Below are positions 26,000-39,170 of a stretch of 64,000 nucleotides of DNA, one piece after another. The number at the start of each line of letters is the position of its first letter. Position 1 is the stretch's first letter. A program made the translations under genes and the position numbers. Below the pieces are notes generated by a model, which did not search any database, was not told the DNA's origin, and saw only the letters and a list, made by a program, of their open reading frames with translations. Origin of the DNA: Penicillus capitatus (lineage: Eukaryota > Plantae > Chlorophyta); NCBI GenBank assembly GCA_965649825.1, contig OZ287699.1:62001-126000 (forward strand), given 5' to 3'.

Positions 26000-28900
26000 G
26001 TTAAGGACTTAATCACTGTGACGAAAAGAAGGAAACAGATTCATCGGCCTTCTTTTTTGAATAACGCTCTATAGATAACAAGACAGGATACGATAAATTG
26101 ATCCCTTGCCACCTGTTGTCCTTAGGTATTGATGTAGAAACAGCACTGCTAATGATTGCGCGAACATGCGTTTCTGTCGCTGATATGCAGCTGGAGACTA
26201 AAATATCATTCTGATATCTGTTAGGACAGAGGATGTCACCGAGTGGTCCAATCACGTCGAGGTCGTATGATGAGAAGAACCAATCGGACGGGTATTCTTA
26301 CAGCGAACCGCCTTGGTACATCGGTGTATCGGTAAATGTGATGCCAATGGACAGTGACGTTTTGTGATCTAACATACCAAAATCATCTAGAGTGCTGAGA
26401 CTGTCGCCAAGATTTTTATTGGCGATGTGACTGCCTCGTGGAAAGGGGGTCCTATGGTTCTTCTTAGTTGGGGTTTTACACGGGGTTCAATCAAGGCTAT
26501 ATCCCATGATCATCTATTTCAATCAAAAGAACGGGCAATGTTTTAGGACCAGTTGAGCGCCGCTAGAAAATCATCCAGGCAGGACAAGTATTCAAATGAC
26601 AAACGAATTTGGAATGTCTTAGAGTGTAGTTTGTTTTGGTGCCGGAGTTTAGATAGGTGGGGACAGTAGAGGAGGTGGTTTCTTGTTTCTTCGGCGGGGT
26701 AGCCATAGCGGCATTGGTTTGTTTGATGTTCTTAAAGACAATGAAAACGTTCAAGGTATGCTCGTGTAGGGAAGTGTCCGGACAGAAATCGGCTTAGTCG
26801 GGATACACTTGCTCTGGAGGTTCCTGTGGTTCGAGGGGCACTCGATGTCTTTTCGGAGAGCCTTGTGGGATTTCGAGGGACGCTTTTTGTTGGCTCTGAT
26901 TCGTTGCCGACTCATCCTATCCAGGGGTCACCTCACCATGCGGGTACTTAACGGCGGATTTGAATCTTTGAACACCTTCTCCGAAGGCCTGTAAAGAGGC
27001 TTTCCGCTGAATCGTTTTCGTTCGACGCGAACGGCGACAGAGACTTTCGTCACATTAAGACAGGACGCGTCCAATTCCATCGGAGGCATTTATTCCTCGA
27101 GCTCTAAAAGATAGATCTAGCTTCGGCCCTCGTGATTGGGGCATTTGACTGCATTTTCTTTTGTCGCGTCTTCTTGTAGTTCAATTTCTGTACGACCGTC
27201 GTTTACGGGTTCTTGAGAAGGAAATGACTCGACAGCGAGACGTATTCAAGGTTCATGCTTCGGTCTATAGTTTTCCACGGAAAACATCAAATTGTGCAAA
27301 TGGGAGGCATCAGAACAGATATGCTATGAGAAGTCTGACCTCAGAATCCCTTCTCTAGGTGCGCCCTGAGGATTATGTGCGCTCAAGCGATCATCGTGAA
27401 CAGATAATCTTCGCAGAAAATTCTCTACGTTCCTCTCGTAAGAGCCGACGCACGTTATCGACGATCGCTGCCATGCGCCATTAGCCACAATTACAATATG
27501 CCATCTATTTCGTCCTTTTGTATATGTATCTTCTCCCATCATCAGATATTCTATCGATCTGCATGCAGAATATCACGAGCCATTTCTCTTACGACACTAC
27601 GGGTTCTGCCGCCAAAAACCTCCGTCGAACGCGAACGTCATATAAAGCGAGCCAAGCCTTGTGAACGACGTAGTCTCATCCTCTGAGGGTCCGGGCACCG
27701 CCCACGATCTAGCCCGCACGGCGGTGGCCCAAGCGGTTTAAACTGTCAGCTACCGACGCGATCTGCGTCAAGTTGTGCATGTCGTAAAAAAGATGAACAC
27801 CATATCGCCAGCTTACGTTAAGATTGATGCCCTTAAGAGAGATAAAGAGATAATTGGACAAGATGAGTAAAGTATAGAACTTAGAGAACGGGGAAGAGAG
27901 GGTGCCATTGACAGATCATGATGTAAGAATGAAAGTGTTTGTATCGAAGTGTGCATTGATGATTTTTGGAACTGTCGCACGAACTATGAAGACCCTACCA
28001 ATCTTATTGTGCACATCTTTGCGGAAGGCGTTGTATATGTCAAGAGGGAAAATGGTAACGTTTCTTATAAACCGACAAGATCGAAGTTGACAGCCGTGAC
28101 GCTTCGCCGTACTGCTGCAACCCATCTGCCGAATTGGTGGACACCATGCAACGTATGTTCTGTGTTGATTTGAACTATCTGGTAGGCAGTTCACCTATTG
28201 AGACGTAATCGCTCCATTCTAGACGACTGTGCTGGTAATAGACACTCTATGTTTTTAATCAGTTATGCCCTTGTCTTGTCTGCCTTTTATTTACACCTTG
28301 ATAGTCCTCTCTGAGTTCTTTATGGCAGGCATGCTTCTCCTGCACTGTTAGCATCACTCGGTTTTTTGTCTTATTGTTAGGGGTACCTGAGCCACCTTGA
28401 ACACTTATGCAAGCGCTTGTCTCTGGAAACAATCGCTAATATCTGTATCTTGAAATCCAGCATCTTTTTCGCGATACGATCCGAATCATTTATGCGACTT
28501 GTTTTGTTTTGAATGCAATGCTTTGTATACCACTATAGGTCTTGATGAAGAAGGTTAATCTGGTCCTTCGGACTTTTTCTCGTGGAATTGAACAGATTCG
28601 TCGACTTGCCGCCGATATCGTACATGGAACAGTCACCATCAGATAGCAGTCGGAAGGTGATGACGACATCGCAAACCTTTAAAGAGATTTGTGCACTTCA
28701 GAACAAGCAGGTTTTTATCGAACACGGTAGAGTTTAGATCTCAGCCGAGTATTCTCGTTCATAGGACTCGGCAATGCAAAACATGATACTTACGAGGCGT
28801 AGAGAGGATTAAAGGCCAACTCTGTCACGTCAAAACCACACTCAGGTAAGAGAGAAATTAATTACTTTAACGCTGTTATTGTCGGGGATTCGGAAAACTT

Positions 28901-30800
28901 TCAAATCTCACAACTAGTATCTCTTCCTTTGGCATCTTTGCTAACGATCTGGTAGAAGGGAGTTCTTCAGAGCGTTGTTCTGACTACATCTGGCACGCTA
29001 TACCATGTAGAACGGCTTTTGGCTGGTATGGACAATCGTGCGCTAGTTTACTTAAGGCATATATGCAAGCGGTCCATGCCTTGCCATAGCATTATTGATT
29101 GTTTCTCTTCACGGTAACTATTTTCGATGCCGAATCATTTAAATATGTTTCCATCTGCAGTTTTTCACGATGCTGCTGTTCGTATTGCAAACCTTGCCTA
29201 TATCGTTAGCATTTACCGCTGTCTCGAGAAAGAAAGTTATCCAGATATCAACTCGTCGCTGTTTACTCTAGCGCAAGTATCGTCTATTTCCTGTTGGTCG
29301 CAGAAATTTTCAAACCGAAACCATTTCTTTCTGTTTAATTTTAGGTTTCGAAAGACTTGTCTTAGCTTAGATCTTCGATGTATCGTTAAACTGACGTTTC
29401 GGTTATCAACCGTTAGTGTTTCGTTGATCACAAATGCTTGCAAGTCTTTAAGTTTACCGCCAGATCGCCGACGACATCAAAGAAAATGCCGCACTGGTTT
29501 AGTCTTACTATCGTAGCGTATATGTTAGGTATTCTTCCTCATCCGGTGCTTCGTGCATTGAATCTGCACCGACTGAAAAATCAGCAGAGACTTGGTTGGT
29601 AGCTTCAAAAAACGGTTTATCGAAGAAGAATGGGTGATGTACGAATACTTGACCTAATTACATCGACTATCTCTTATCGACTACTTAATAACGGTCTACC
29701 AAAATAACGATGAAGTTGTGCAGCCATGTCATACAGGAGAGTTTAAGATATCTGAATACGAACCATACGAATGCCGTTGCCGCATACGAAATGCATCTTT
29801 GGATATTTATGGGAGACCACAGTCTTCTTGGAACATACTAAGAGATAGCTTTGACTCTCTTAACGATCGTGCTAGAGCTAAAGGTCGAGAAAGCATCTAC
29901 CGTTTCAACAATCGCGCCATTCTTAGTAGTAACTAACAATTAAAAAGAATGCACGGGAGATGGTTCACGCATCTGCACTTTTAAGTCAGAAAAACCCCTG
30001 ACTTCGCCGTTTACTTGATCGAAAAGGGTTGTCTTATTGTTTTCTTCTCGCATGTATATATTTAATCCTATCGATTTCGACGTAGCAAGCATGGATGAAA
30101 AAACTGCATCTTACTAAGGATACAAAGTCTTTTGTCTCGTGATGTTTTCGTGAAATGTTTTGCTCTGTTGACAGTTGCCGTACCTCATTAGGATACGATA
30201 GTATTAGTTCTCGAAACTCTAAGGGTAGTCTATGAAATTTTGCAAATCGTCTTTCTTGACAACGTTTAGAAATTTCGTCATGTGTATCCATTAGTAGCAG
30301 GGTGCATCGACACGAACGATAGAAAGTAATCAGATGGTCTGTCTTTCAAGATCAATAGGCATGAAACTATTTTTACAATCGCGTTGAGATTACGACTGGG
30401 ATGATACTTACCGAATGTAACAAGCTGCATAGAGTGAGAAGAACAAAGACCACCACAAAAAGAACACTAAATGCACATTGTGTACTGCTCTATTCATTCC
30501 TTACGTATTGTACATAGTTTACGCCTGAGTTTCCTGATTGCACAGAATCTAATCGCCAAGATAGCCTCCAATCGTTGTCTGTGACTTTTTGTATGGCATA
30601 TAGTAGAGGAAAGGGTGATAAACAGCAAAAGGGGCTGTTTCCTTTAGGTAAGACTACTCACGACGAGTAAAAAGTCGGCAAGCAAAGCGATTTCTTTCAT
30701 AAAATACTCAGGGTATAACTCTTATTCCGCTTACCTGGCCTGACAATTCAACTGACCAGCTGTTGTGTCTGGAAGCCGTTATTCAGCAATCTCCTCGAAT
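26000..30800. other. Decayed, apparently lower-GC island with broken reading frames (possible relic mobile or viral element)
   Basis: No recognisable intact genes or regular short-intron structure; long frames interrupted by isolated stops. GC drop judged by eye, not computed. Confidence 0.45.
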
Positions 30801-30818
30801 CAAGACTCAAAGACCCAA

Positions 30819-31324
30819 ATCCCAGCAGGAAGATAACTACACAGCCACAACGCCAAAGTGAGCAGAAGAGAGATGCATCGGCGGCATACATTGCTCCTCC
30901 ACCCAACACCACAGCATGCCAAGAAACGAGTGGATGCTCCATGAGAAGAATCTGGTATCACACTGGAGTCCCCAGTCCTGCCATCTGCCAAAGCGAGCTG
31001 CACAGACAGCCAGCGTCACGTTCATGACGAGCATGCCGTAGGACATGTTGTCGGTCGCCTGCAGCCACATGTCCTTCTTCGCCTTGCGCCACGCCATCCA
31101 ATGCGTCACGTTCTTCAGAGTGCCAACGTCGGCAGAGATCCCCTCAGTTGCAGCGATCACGGCAGACAACGGCTCGTGCGTCTTCCGCAGCGTCTCCGTG
31201 AGTTCCTGGAGCTGTCCACAGAGTCTGTCTGTGCCTGTTCTGTGCCTGTTCTGTGCACAGCCTTCCGGTTCACAATTTTCGCAGAGCGATCTTGCTGTGA
31301 AGATGAGACGGTAATATCACTCTT
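30819..31324 (-). pseudogene. Near-identical partial duplicate of 18571-19064
   Basis: Direct sequence identity (atcccagcaggaagataactac ... gatgagacggtaatatcactct) with few substitutions and one 12 bp insertion; flanks unrelated. Confidence 0.9.
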
Positions 31325-32314
31325 CTTCCTGTGCGACGTTCTCATAGCCTCCCGCAGCTCTGAGCAGATTGAGCACTTTGCTATTTACTGTTTTCTTTTG
31401 ACGCTTGACTCTGTAACAGATATAAGTTATTATTTGCGTCCATCAAGACGTTGAACCTAACCCCTCTTCGCTCGGCGTCTCTTCAGGTCTTTTAGATGCA
31501 AAAATCGAGGCCCTGTTGCCACGGGAATCTTCTCGACAGAGAAAACGACTTCACTCGTTGTGGACGGCGTCTGCTACCTACAAGGTTTTCTTCTTCGGGT
31601 CTGTCAAAAACTCGCAACGCTAACGTTGTTGCACTGCACCGTAGATTCATCAACGCGTGTTAAAGCTCAAAATACGTAAGTGAACCCGACGTCGGGTAGG
31701 GTAACCCGTAGCCGAGACGACTGCAAGATGAGATCGTTGTGTCACTAGACCATCTATGCGTAAACGCATTTTTTAACGCTAAGGTTAAACGCATTATACA
31801 AACACATCAGAGAGAGGAAAGCACCATCTGAATGTCAGTCTAGTGCTACACATCACAATTTCGCTAAACGTTGACCGAGAGCATTACAAATGCCTGACAT
31901 TTCCATTCTGAAGGGATTGCCCATATTGTTCCATAAGCACGAGACAGACTTTTCTACAACAAATTGAACAGAATCAAGGCGGATTGCCTGGATAGTGTAT
32001 AAGCGAGAGTAACCCTTATCTGTTCTCATCTAGTCCGAAAGAGATGCGGAAACAACAGGAAGTTGTATGAAAGAGAAGAGACATCTGGTCTCGACTCACC
32101 GCAGCTATCTCAAAAATATAATACACTCATGCCTTGCACACCTGAACATATGGACACTAGAGTAGTGCATACAAGATCTCGCAAGATGGTTCAAAAAAAG
32201 CTGAGGAGACATTGAAGATAGATCTCCTCACTAAAACATGATTTGCAATAGGGTTAAATGATAAGGTACCTCAGCGACGCACATGTTCACTGGGTTAAGA
32301 AGACTGCAAGAGTC

Positions 32315-33415
32315 TTATGTGGCAAAGAAGGCGGTATGTCTGTACAATGGCTCGAACAGACCTTCCATCAATGTGTTCTCTGTGGTGCGCATGTAGCAGT
32401 GAAACTTGCTATCACTTGACATGAAGATGCAGCTGGGTTTACCGACGAAATCGCCACCGTAGGACACCCAACCTGATGTCCGGCGTACAAACAGGAAACC
32501 CACCATCTGATGGTTTCTCTGCAGACCGTACTGTTCGTCCAGAGCAAAGCAATCGAGAGTCCTCGAATCGGCATTGATACAGTCAGGTTCTGATCTCAAA
32601 GAGCCACCGAATCTCCCAAACATATCAATCATATGTCCACCCATAAGGGCAAGCGAACGGGGTTGCATCGTCACGGCTGGCAAATGGACACTGACACGGC
32701 CTCTGCCTTTCAGACCGACGCCGGCCCAAATGCACGAGTCTGGATCTCCGTTAGCCATGAAGAGTCGCTCGGCAAGACGTCCATCCTCACGATTCGCCCA
32801 GCATTGAATTCTGTTCGATTTGGGGTTGGTCACACAGCTCACTGGTCCGGAAGGATTGTCCGCAATGCGAGAATAACTCCCCCATACTCCATTCTCCAAT
32901 TTGAAGGTATGCATACCACCATTTTTTGCTCGAACCGCACAGAAGATCTTGTGATCGTCTTCCATCATGACACAGCCTGGCGCTTCGAGAGATTTTCCAA
33001 AATCAAGTATCGTCACGTTCTTGTCGAACGGGGTGCCTGTTTCGACGGCAAGGACGGCTATTTTCTTCTTTGGCGTGATGAAAATCGCAAAGACCCCTTC
33101 ACTTCCGTATGCGGCTGTCTGCGGTTGGTCGATGACATTTCCTCCGAAATCCTCAAAGTCGGCACGTCCTTCGACAACACTGGCATAACCAACGGTTCCT
33201 TTTTTCGTCGCGAAAAAGCAATGTGCTTGATGGTCATCACGCGACAGGCAGTTTGGGCTTGAGGACAGTGCACTACCCAAGTCGCTGTAGTCCGCCGGTT
33301 GTTTAAGTAATCGAGCCAAATTGGAATCGGCACGGTAGATTCTTGAAAGCAGTTGACCACTTATGCTCGTTACCAAAAATGCCAAACACGCTATCAACAA
33401 AGAAAAGCGAAACAT
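32315..33415 (-). CDS. Secreted beta-propeller repeat protein, lectin-like, intronless, copy 2
   Basis: MFRFSLLIACLAFLVTSISG signal; collinear with copy 1 (SSSPNCLSRD, LEAPGCV, DNPSGPVSCV, VRRTSGWVSYGG). Confidence 0.7.
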   Translation of the reverse strand: MFRFSLLIACLAFLVTSISGQLLSRIYRADSNLARLLKQPADYSDLGSALSSSPNCLSRDDHQAHCFFATKKGTVGYASVVEGRADFEDFGGNVIDQPQTAAYGSEGVFAIFITPKKKIAVLAVETGTPFDKNVTILDFGKSLEAPGCVMMEDDHKIFCAVRAKNGGMHTFKLENGVWGSYSRIADNPSGPVSCVTNPKSNRIQCWANREDGRLAERLFMANGDPDSCIWAGVGLKGRGRVSVHLPAVTMQPRSLALMGGHMIDMFGRFGGSLRSEPDCINADSRTLDCFALDEQYGLQRNHQMVGFLFVRRTSGWVSYGGDFVGKPSCIFMSSDSKFHCYMRTTENTLMEGLFEPLYRHTAFFAT

Positions 33416-33766
33416 CTGAACTTGGAAAACGACAATTCACGAACGGAAACGATTGCTAATTTCTGTGCCTAAATTGCATTTATATAGCTAAAACAGCCAA
33501 TGAGACCATTGATATGACGTTAATATTTGTCATCCGAAGGCACGGTGTGTCATCTGACGTCAAGGCGTGGTAACTGTGATTATTTGGAGATGAATGCAGG
33601 GCCAATGATACCGAACTCGCGATTCCCAATATGTCTCGGCTACCCTAAGTTTCTGTGTCCTTTGCTCTAAATCCTCTGTCGCAGGCTGAAATGAAGAGCG
33701 ACGCAGACAGGTCCGTCTGCAGGATGCCGTATTCCATCATTCATTGATAAACGTTGTTCATTTTTC

Positions 33767-36700
33767 ATGCCCGCACATTTGTGGAAAACGTTGTCCACTT
33801 TTTCAATGCTACCTTCAAAGCCTATTGTCAAAGTACCAATCTGCACGCAGCGTTTCGCGTTGCCACGTGCCACCGCCAGGACGTTGTTTTGTTGGGGGGA
33901 GGACACAGCCATGTCGAAGTGATGCGCAGCTTTGGCATGCGACCAGTACCGGGAGCACGCCTCACACTAATCTCCCGTGATATTCAAACACCTTACAGGT
34001 CCCTCCCTCCCCGCCCCACTTGAAGCACACCTTCTAATAATCCCTTAGTGGAATGCTCCCCGGTTACGTCTCCGGATTCTATTCCCACGATGAAGTCCAT
34101 ATCGACCTGAGACCCCTCGCCCGTTTTGCTCGATGCCGACTTATTCAAGCGGAGGCCGTCGGTCTGGATACTGGAGTAAGGTTGACAGACAAATGTACTG
34201 AGTGACTTATGGGATGGTGCAGAGCCGGTGTGTGCTGTTGAAAAACCGTCCGCCCATTACGTACGATGTGCTGTCCATCGACATCGGCAGCTGTCCAGAC
34301 GATTCCAATGTCCCCGGGGCCCGGCAATTCACCACAGCTGTCAAGCCAATTTCCAATTTCATTCAACGACTGCAAGACCTGATGAAAACTGTGCGCCACG
34401 ATAAGATGCGATCCGGGACACCGTCCACAGGATTGCCTTCTCGCGGTAGAGAAGAAATCTCTGTGGAAGTGAGTCGGCGATCAAGTGCATTGCGTCGTGT
34501 TGGAGAGAGAGGATTCTGTGTGGTCGTCGTGGGAGGAGGAGCTGGCGGCGTCGAATTGGCATTCTCCTTAAAGTACCGTCTGATGCACGAAGCAGTAGCA
34601 ACCGATCAGCAATTCATCAGCGAACCGAACATCAAGCATGACGCATCTCCACTTTACCGGCTCACATAGCGTCCCTACTGCACAGACTCATCAGTCAAGG
34701 GAAGATTCTGTCGAGCTATCCAAGCTCTGTGCGAAATAGCGTCTTGAATCTCATGAAAGAGAAGAACATCGAAGTGTTCGAGGACAATCCTGTTGTGTCT
34801 GTTCAAGAAGGCAAGAAGAGCAAAGGGAGGGTTTAACGATATCTGAATAACGAATGCTTGTCTGGCCATCCAGGAGCTGTGGAGCTGCAGACCGGCATGT
34901 TGATTAATTTTGACGGTTGTCTGTGGTGCACTCAAGCGGGAGCAGCACCTTGGCTGAAATCGTCAGGAATGTGGACAGATGAGAAAGGGTTTATCAAGAT
35001 TAATGACTTTCTGCAGCCATTCAACGGTCCTGCTGAGGTCTTTGCAGCTGGAGATGTGGCGACCAGTGTCAGTCATCCTCGGCCAAAGGCTGGCGTCTTC
35101 GCTGTTCGACAAGTGAGAACGTCTTCCATTCTCTGAAGGAACAGATGTTGTGGAAAAGCTGATGTGAGACAGGGCCCTCCATTGGCTGCCAATTTGCGCA
35201 GGTTTTTGCAGGGAGAGGAATTGCAGCCCTTCATTCCTCAAACCGCTTATCTCAGTCTGATCTCCACGGGAAACAAGTCTTGCGTGGCGAGCAAAGGATG
35301 GCTCTCTTGGCAAGGTCATAAAGTGCTTTCCGTTTTGTCTCTTTGGAAATTGTGCACGTTGGCAGGTCCAGCTATGTGGAAACTGAAAGATAGCATCGAT
35401 CGAAGCTTTATGCATAAGTACAGTAGAGATCTGCCAGACATGGAGAAGATGAAAGATCCTCATGTGCATTTGGATCAACACACCGCAACAAATCTGCTCG
35501 AGAAACAGGCAGCCATTCTTGCGGATTACGCAAAGATGCGTTGTGCAGGTTGCGGTGGAAAGGTAAATCTGATCACAGAGCGCGATTCGCAAGGGATGTC
35601 TGTCATGGACGTGCAGATCGGAAGGAATATTCTCAGTCATGTCTTGGCAGCCATTCAAGAACCTGATGCCGCATCGGCATCGGATGTCGTTTCCTATGAT
35701 GACGCGGCCATTATGGAATTCGCGGAAAAAGGATACCTCTTACTGCAGTCGACGGATTTCTTGAGGAGTTTCATAACGGATCCCTATCTCTTTGGACAGA
35801 TCACAGCTCTGCATTGTCTTTCGGTTGTGCAGCAGAAGCCACCATCCATTCTAAACGAATGAAGCGTCGTCTGTTCTTTCAGGATATCTATGCAATGGGC
35901 GGCGAACCACTGTCGGTTTTGTCGACGGCTATCGTTCCTTTTGCGACGGAAGACAAAATGGAGGTCGATTTGATTCAGGTCATGCTCGGAGCAAAGAAAG
36001 TGATTAGAGCTTGATGACAATGAGGACGCCGAAGAGCCTGTTTTGTTTCTGACGCTCAGGTGTGCGATGATGCCAACTGCAAGATTGCCGGTGGACATAC
36101 AGCCGAAGGAACGGAGCTCTCGTTAGGCTTCTCTGTCACAGGAAAGGTCAAGAAAGATGGATTGCTCAAAAAGACCGGCGCACGTGTGAATCAGTCCGTG
36201 ATCTTGACGAAGGCTTTGGGAACTGGAATGATCTTGGCAGCAGAGATGCGAGGAAAGGCCAAAGCTCCATGGGTCAAAGCGGTAGAGAGAATCGATTCAT
36301 TTCTTCGCAAGGGGTAAACCACTCGGATGTCAGGCCGTGGATTCGATGTTGGTCTCCAATGGACCGACCGTAAAGATTCTACAGGATCATGAGGCAGTGG
36401 CTTGCACAGACGTCAGCGGATTTGGCCTTCTAGGCCACTTGCTTGAGATGCTTGGCGATGACGAGGTCTCGCTTGTCGAAATCGACAAAGAGAATGTGAT
36501 CGGTTGTAGGTGGCGATGGAGTTGGACCTCGCATCCGTTCCGACATTCCCTGGAGCCGAAGACTGTTCCAAGGAAGGATGGCTGAGTTCGTTACATCCAC
36601 AGAACAATCGTGCAGCAAAAGAGATCGCCGATTTCGAATCTGTCAAGTACAATTGGAAACTGCCAGTTCTCGTCGATCCACAAACAAGTCCTCGAATCTG

Positions 36701-36961
36701 TCCAGCAGCGAGAAAGTCACATCGGCGTGCTTAGGTGGAGGTCTCTTGGCGTTTGTCCCGGCAGACAATGCCCAAAAATGTCTGGCCAGACTGCACGAAG
36801 CACAACTGACATCTGCTGCAATCATTGGCCGCATCATCGAATCAGAAACAGGTGGGTGCACGGACCATTGCTTATCATCTCCGCCCAATGCGTTTTCTCC
36901 TGCAGGTCATTCGAAGTTTCATATAACCAATAACGAAACGCAGGAGGCGTCCATCCAATGA
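33767..36961 (+). CDS. selD: Selenide,water dikinase fused to N-terminal FAD-dependent oxidoreductase (Ndh-SelD)
   Basis: [14 protein letters not shown]|[36 protein letters not shown]; SelD part [53 protein letters not shown]. Start approximate. Confidence 0.92.
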
Positions 36962-37036
36962 GCGTTTGATGTGACGTGACAAGATTACATTTGCTGTGAT
37001 GACATATACCAAAATCTATAGCTACTGGCGGTTTGA

Positions 37037-39170
37037 CTACTGTTGTTCATTGCGATTCTCTTTATCCAGTCGTTTCTTGCGCCATCTCTGATTCTGAGCT
37101 GGGCTGCTCTTACTGACTTGCTTCTTTCTCTTCCCTTGGCGTTTCTGTGCAAGAGAGAGATGAGAGAGCTTGCCCGTGAGGGAGTCAAGTCTCTGAGAAG
37201 GAGGAGGTAATGCCAGTCCAGCTTCTGCATAGCTGTCCGTCCATACATAGCGAAAATCCACACACAGACTGAAGTGATCACTCCCATACACTTCATTCGG
37301 CAGTTTTTTGTTTGTGCTTTGCTGACTCCAGTGAGGAAAATCCAACACACGAAACGGCTGCAGCATCAGATACGAATGGCTCCCTTTAAAGTGACTGTGA
37401 ACATAAGGAGTGAAGAAAACGTAATCCAACGTGTTCTGACAACAATTGTGGAGCGATGTGACGTTCGGTTCGTGGCCCAAAACTTCACAGCAGACGCTTT
37501 TGAGATGGAGATCGTGGTCCAGTGCAAACGGATCATAATGTCTCTGTCGCTGGGCCCACTCCAAAATGTCAGGCAGCGAACGTCCCATCGCATTCTCAAT
37601 GTGATCCGCATTCCATCCTTGCATCGCAGGAAACTGTCGTTTGAGATGAAGGTGTGCTGCATCTCGCATCTGTTGACGGGTTTCGCGACACGCCCACTTG
37701 AAATCATAGACAATGGAATGGCGTTGCCTAAAATAGGCAGACTCTGTGCCACTGCTGCTTTCACCGCTGGCCAAGAAAGATGTGGGATCCGGCCACCAAC
37801 GGGTCTGATCAATCATCATCGCATCTTGCGGGAACGGATCCAAGGAAGGTGCGTCTGACGGAAATGGATGCCATGGAGGGAGGAACATAGTCGGTACCGT
37901 CGACATCTGGCCATTGAGTACTGGAGGTTCTTGTCTGGGACCGCTGAACGAGCCATCGACTGTTCCAGATAGACTTTTGCTTGAGTAGTGCGCCATGTGA
38001 ATGGATCCATCACATATGAACTTGTAGATACCGCTCTCTGGAGACGCATTGAAATCTCCAGCTATGATACAGGGAGAGGCAAGTCCCTTTTTGCTGTATT
38101 TTTGACGTAGACGGCTGACCTCGTCACAGAGAATGCGCGCCTGTACACAGATCACATACCTGTCACATCAGTTCCTGTCAGACAGTCTGCTGAATTACCT
38201 GACCCAATTTGATGTCGCCTCTCTTGGGGTTGAAGAGAATGTGTGTATTCGCAACCGTAATGTTGACGTCTTTCGAAACCGACGACTGCTTGGGGCGTCG
38301 GTGCCTTGCTGGGTGTTTCAAGACACATATTAGGGCAACGTTATTTCTGAGCACCTTCGATTCGCTGAAGTAGATTCTGCGCACATCCGACAAGAGAAAC
38401 ATCGATTTCCTGTTTTCAACGATCACACCTTCTCACACAATCACTCTGCCTTACCAGAAAGTCGCACAGCCATCCTGACATCCACCGGCACGCTTGGCAT
38501 AGACACCCACGTAGCTGTCAAGCACCGATGATGTGATAGAACAGGATTGCTGAATGGCCTTCTTACCCAAAAGGCACCAGATCATTTCGAATCTCTTCAT
38601 ATTGTTCCACTTCTTGAAGACAGAGAATGTCAGGCTTGAGTGTGGTAATCTCCTGGAGAATGCGTTTCCATCGTTGCTGCCATTCCAGAACGGCGTCTGG
38701 CTGCGATCGATAGAGCTGGCCTCTGTGTTCTTGTGCCTAGCAAGCGCGTTCTTTGGGCAAGGAAACCAGGACGAAGCTACCAGGTAATCCGCAAGGATGT
38801 TGTAGCTCATGAGACGGAAGATTTGACCGTCCTTCGTCTTGTTCTGCGTCTACGATAGAACGTCGCCAGCGATGAGCGGCATGGAGGAGAGCGAACAGAA
38901 GCGTGGCGCCATTGTCGTTCCGAGACAGAGGCAACTGAAGACCGAAGATTTCTTTGCATCCCAGTGGCGTCCGTCAACGAAAGCAAAATGTGCCGCAGCG
39001 TTCTTCGCGGATTCGATATGAATTGCCACACGCTGGTAGTTGAAATCTTCGTTGTGTCTCGGGGCGCCAAGCGCGCTCGGACTCTTTCGGAATATGACTC
39101 GAAGTCGATGGACGTTGACGGTGATGGCGAGTATTGATGCGCGAAATGTCTATAGATCCGATTCGTCAAC
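37037..39170 (-). CDS. CCR4/ANGEL-family exonuclease-endonuclease-phosphatase
   Basis: FRLMSYNILAD, THILFNPKRGDIKLGQ, IIAGDFNASP, TLDYVFF, GSDHFSL. Start uncertain. Confidence 0.88.

Noticed and set aside
26013-26460. CACTA transposase-like or viral capsid-like reading
   Set aside because: Conserved motifs are not convincingly present; kept only as part of the unassigned island.
27690-27760. GC hairpin plus A-box-like TGGCCCAAGCGG (tRNA/SINE?)
   Set aside because: No B box or acceptor stem.
28200-29450. HECT- or USP-like fragments in the island's minus frames
   Set aside because: Only loose, mutually inconsistent resemblances; no catalytic motifs found.
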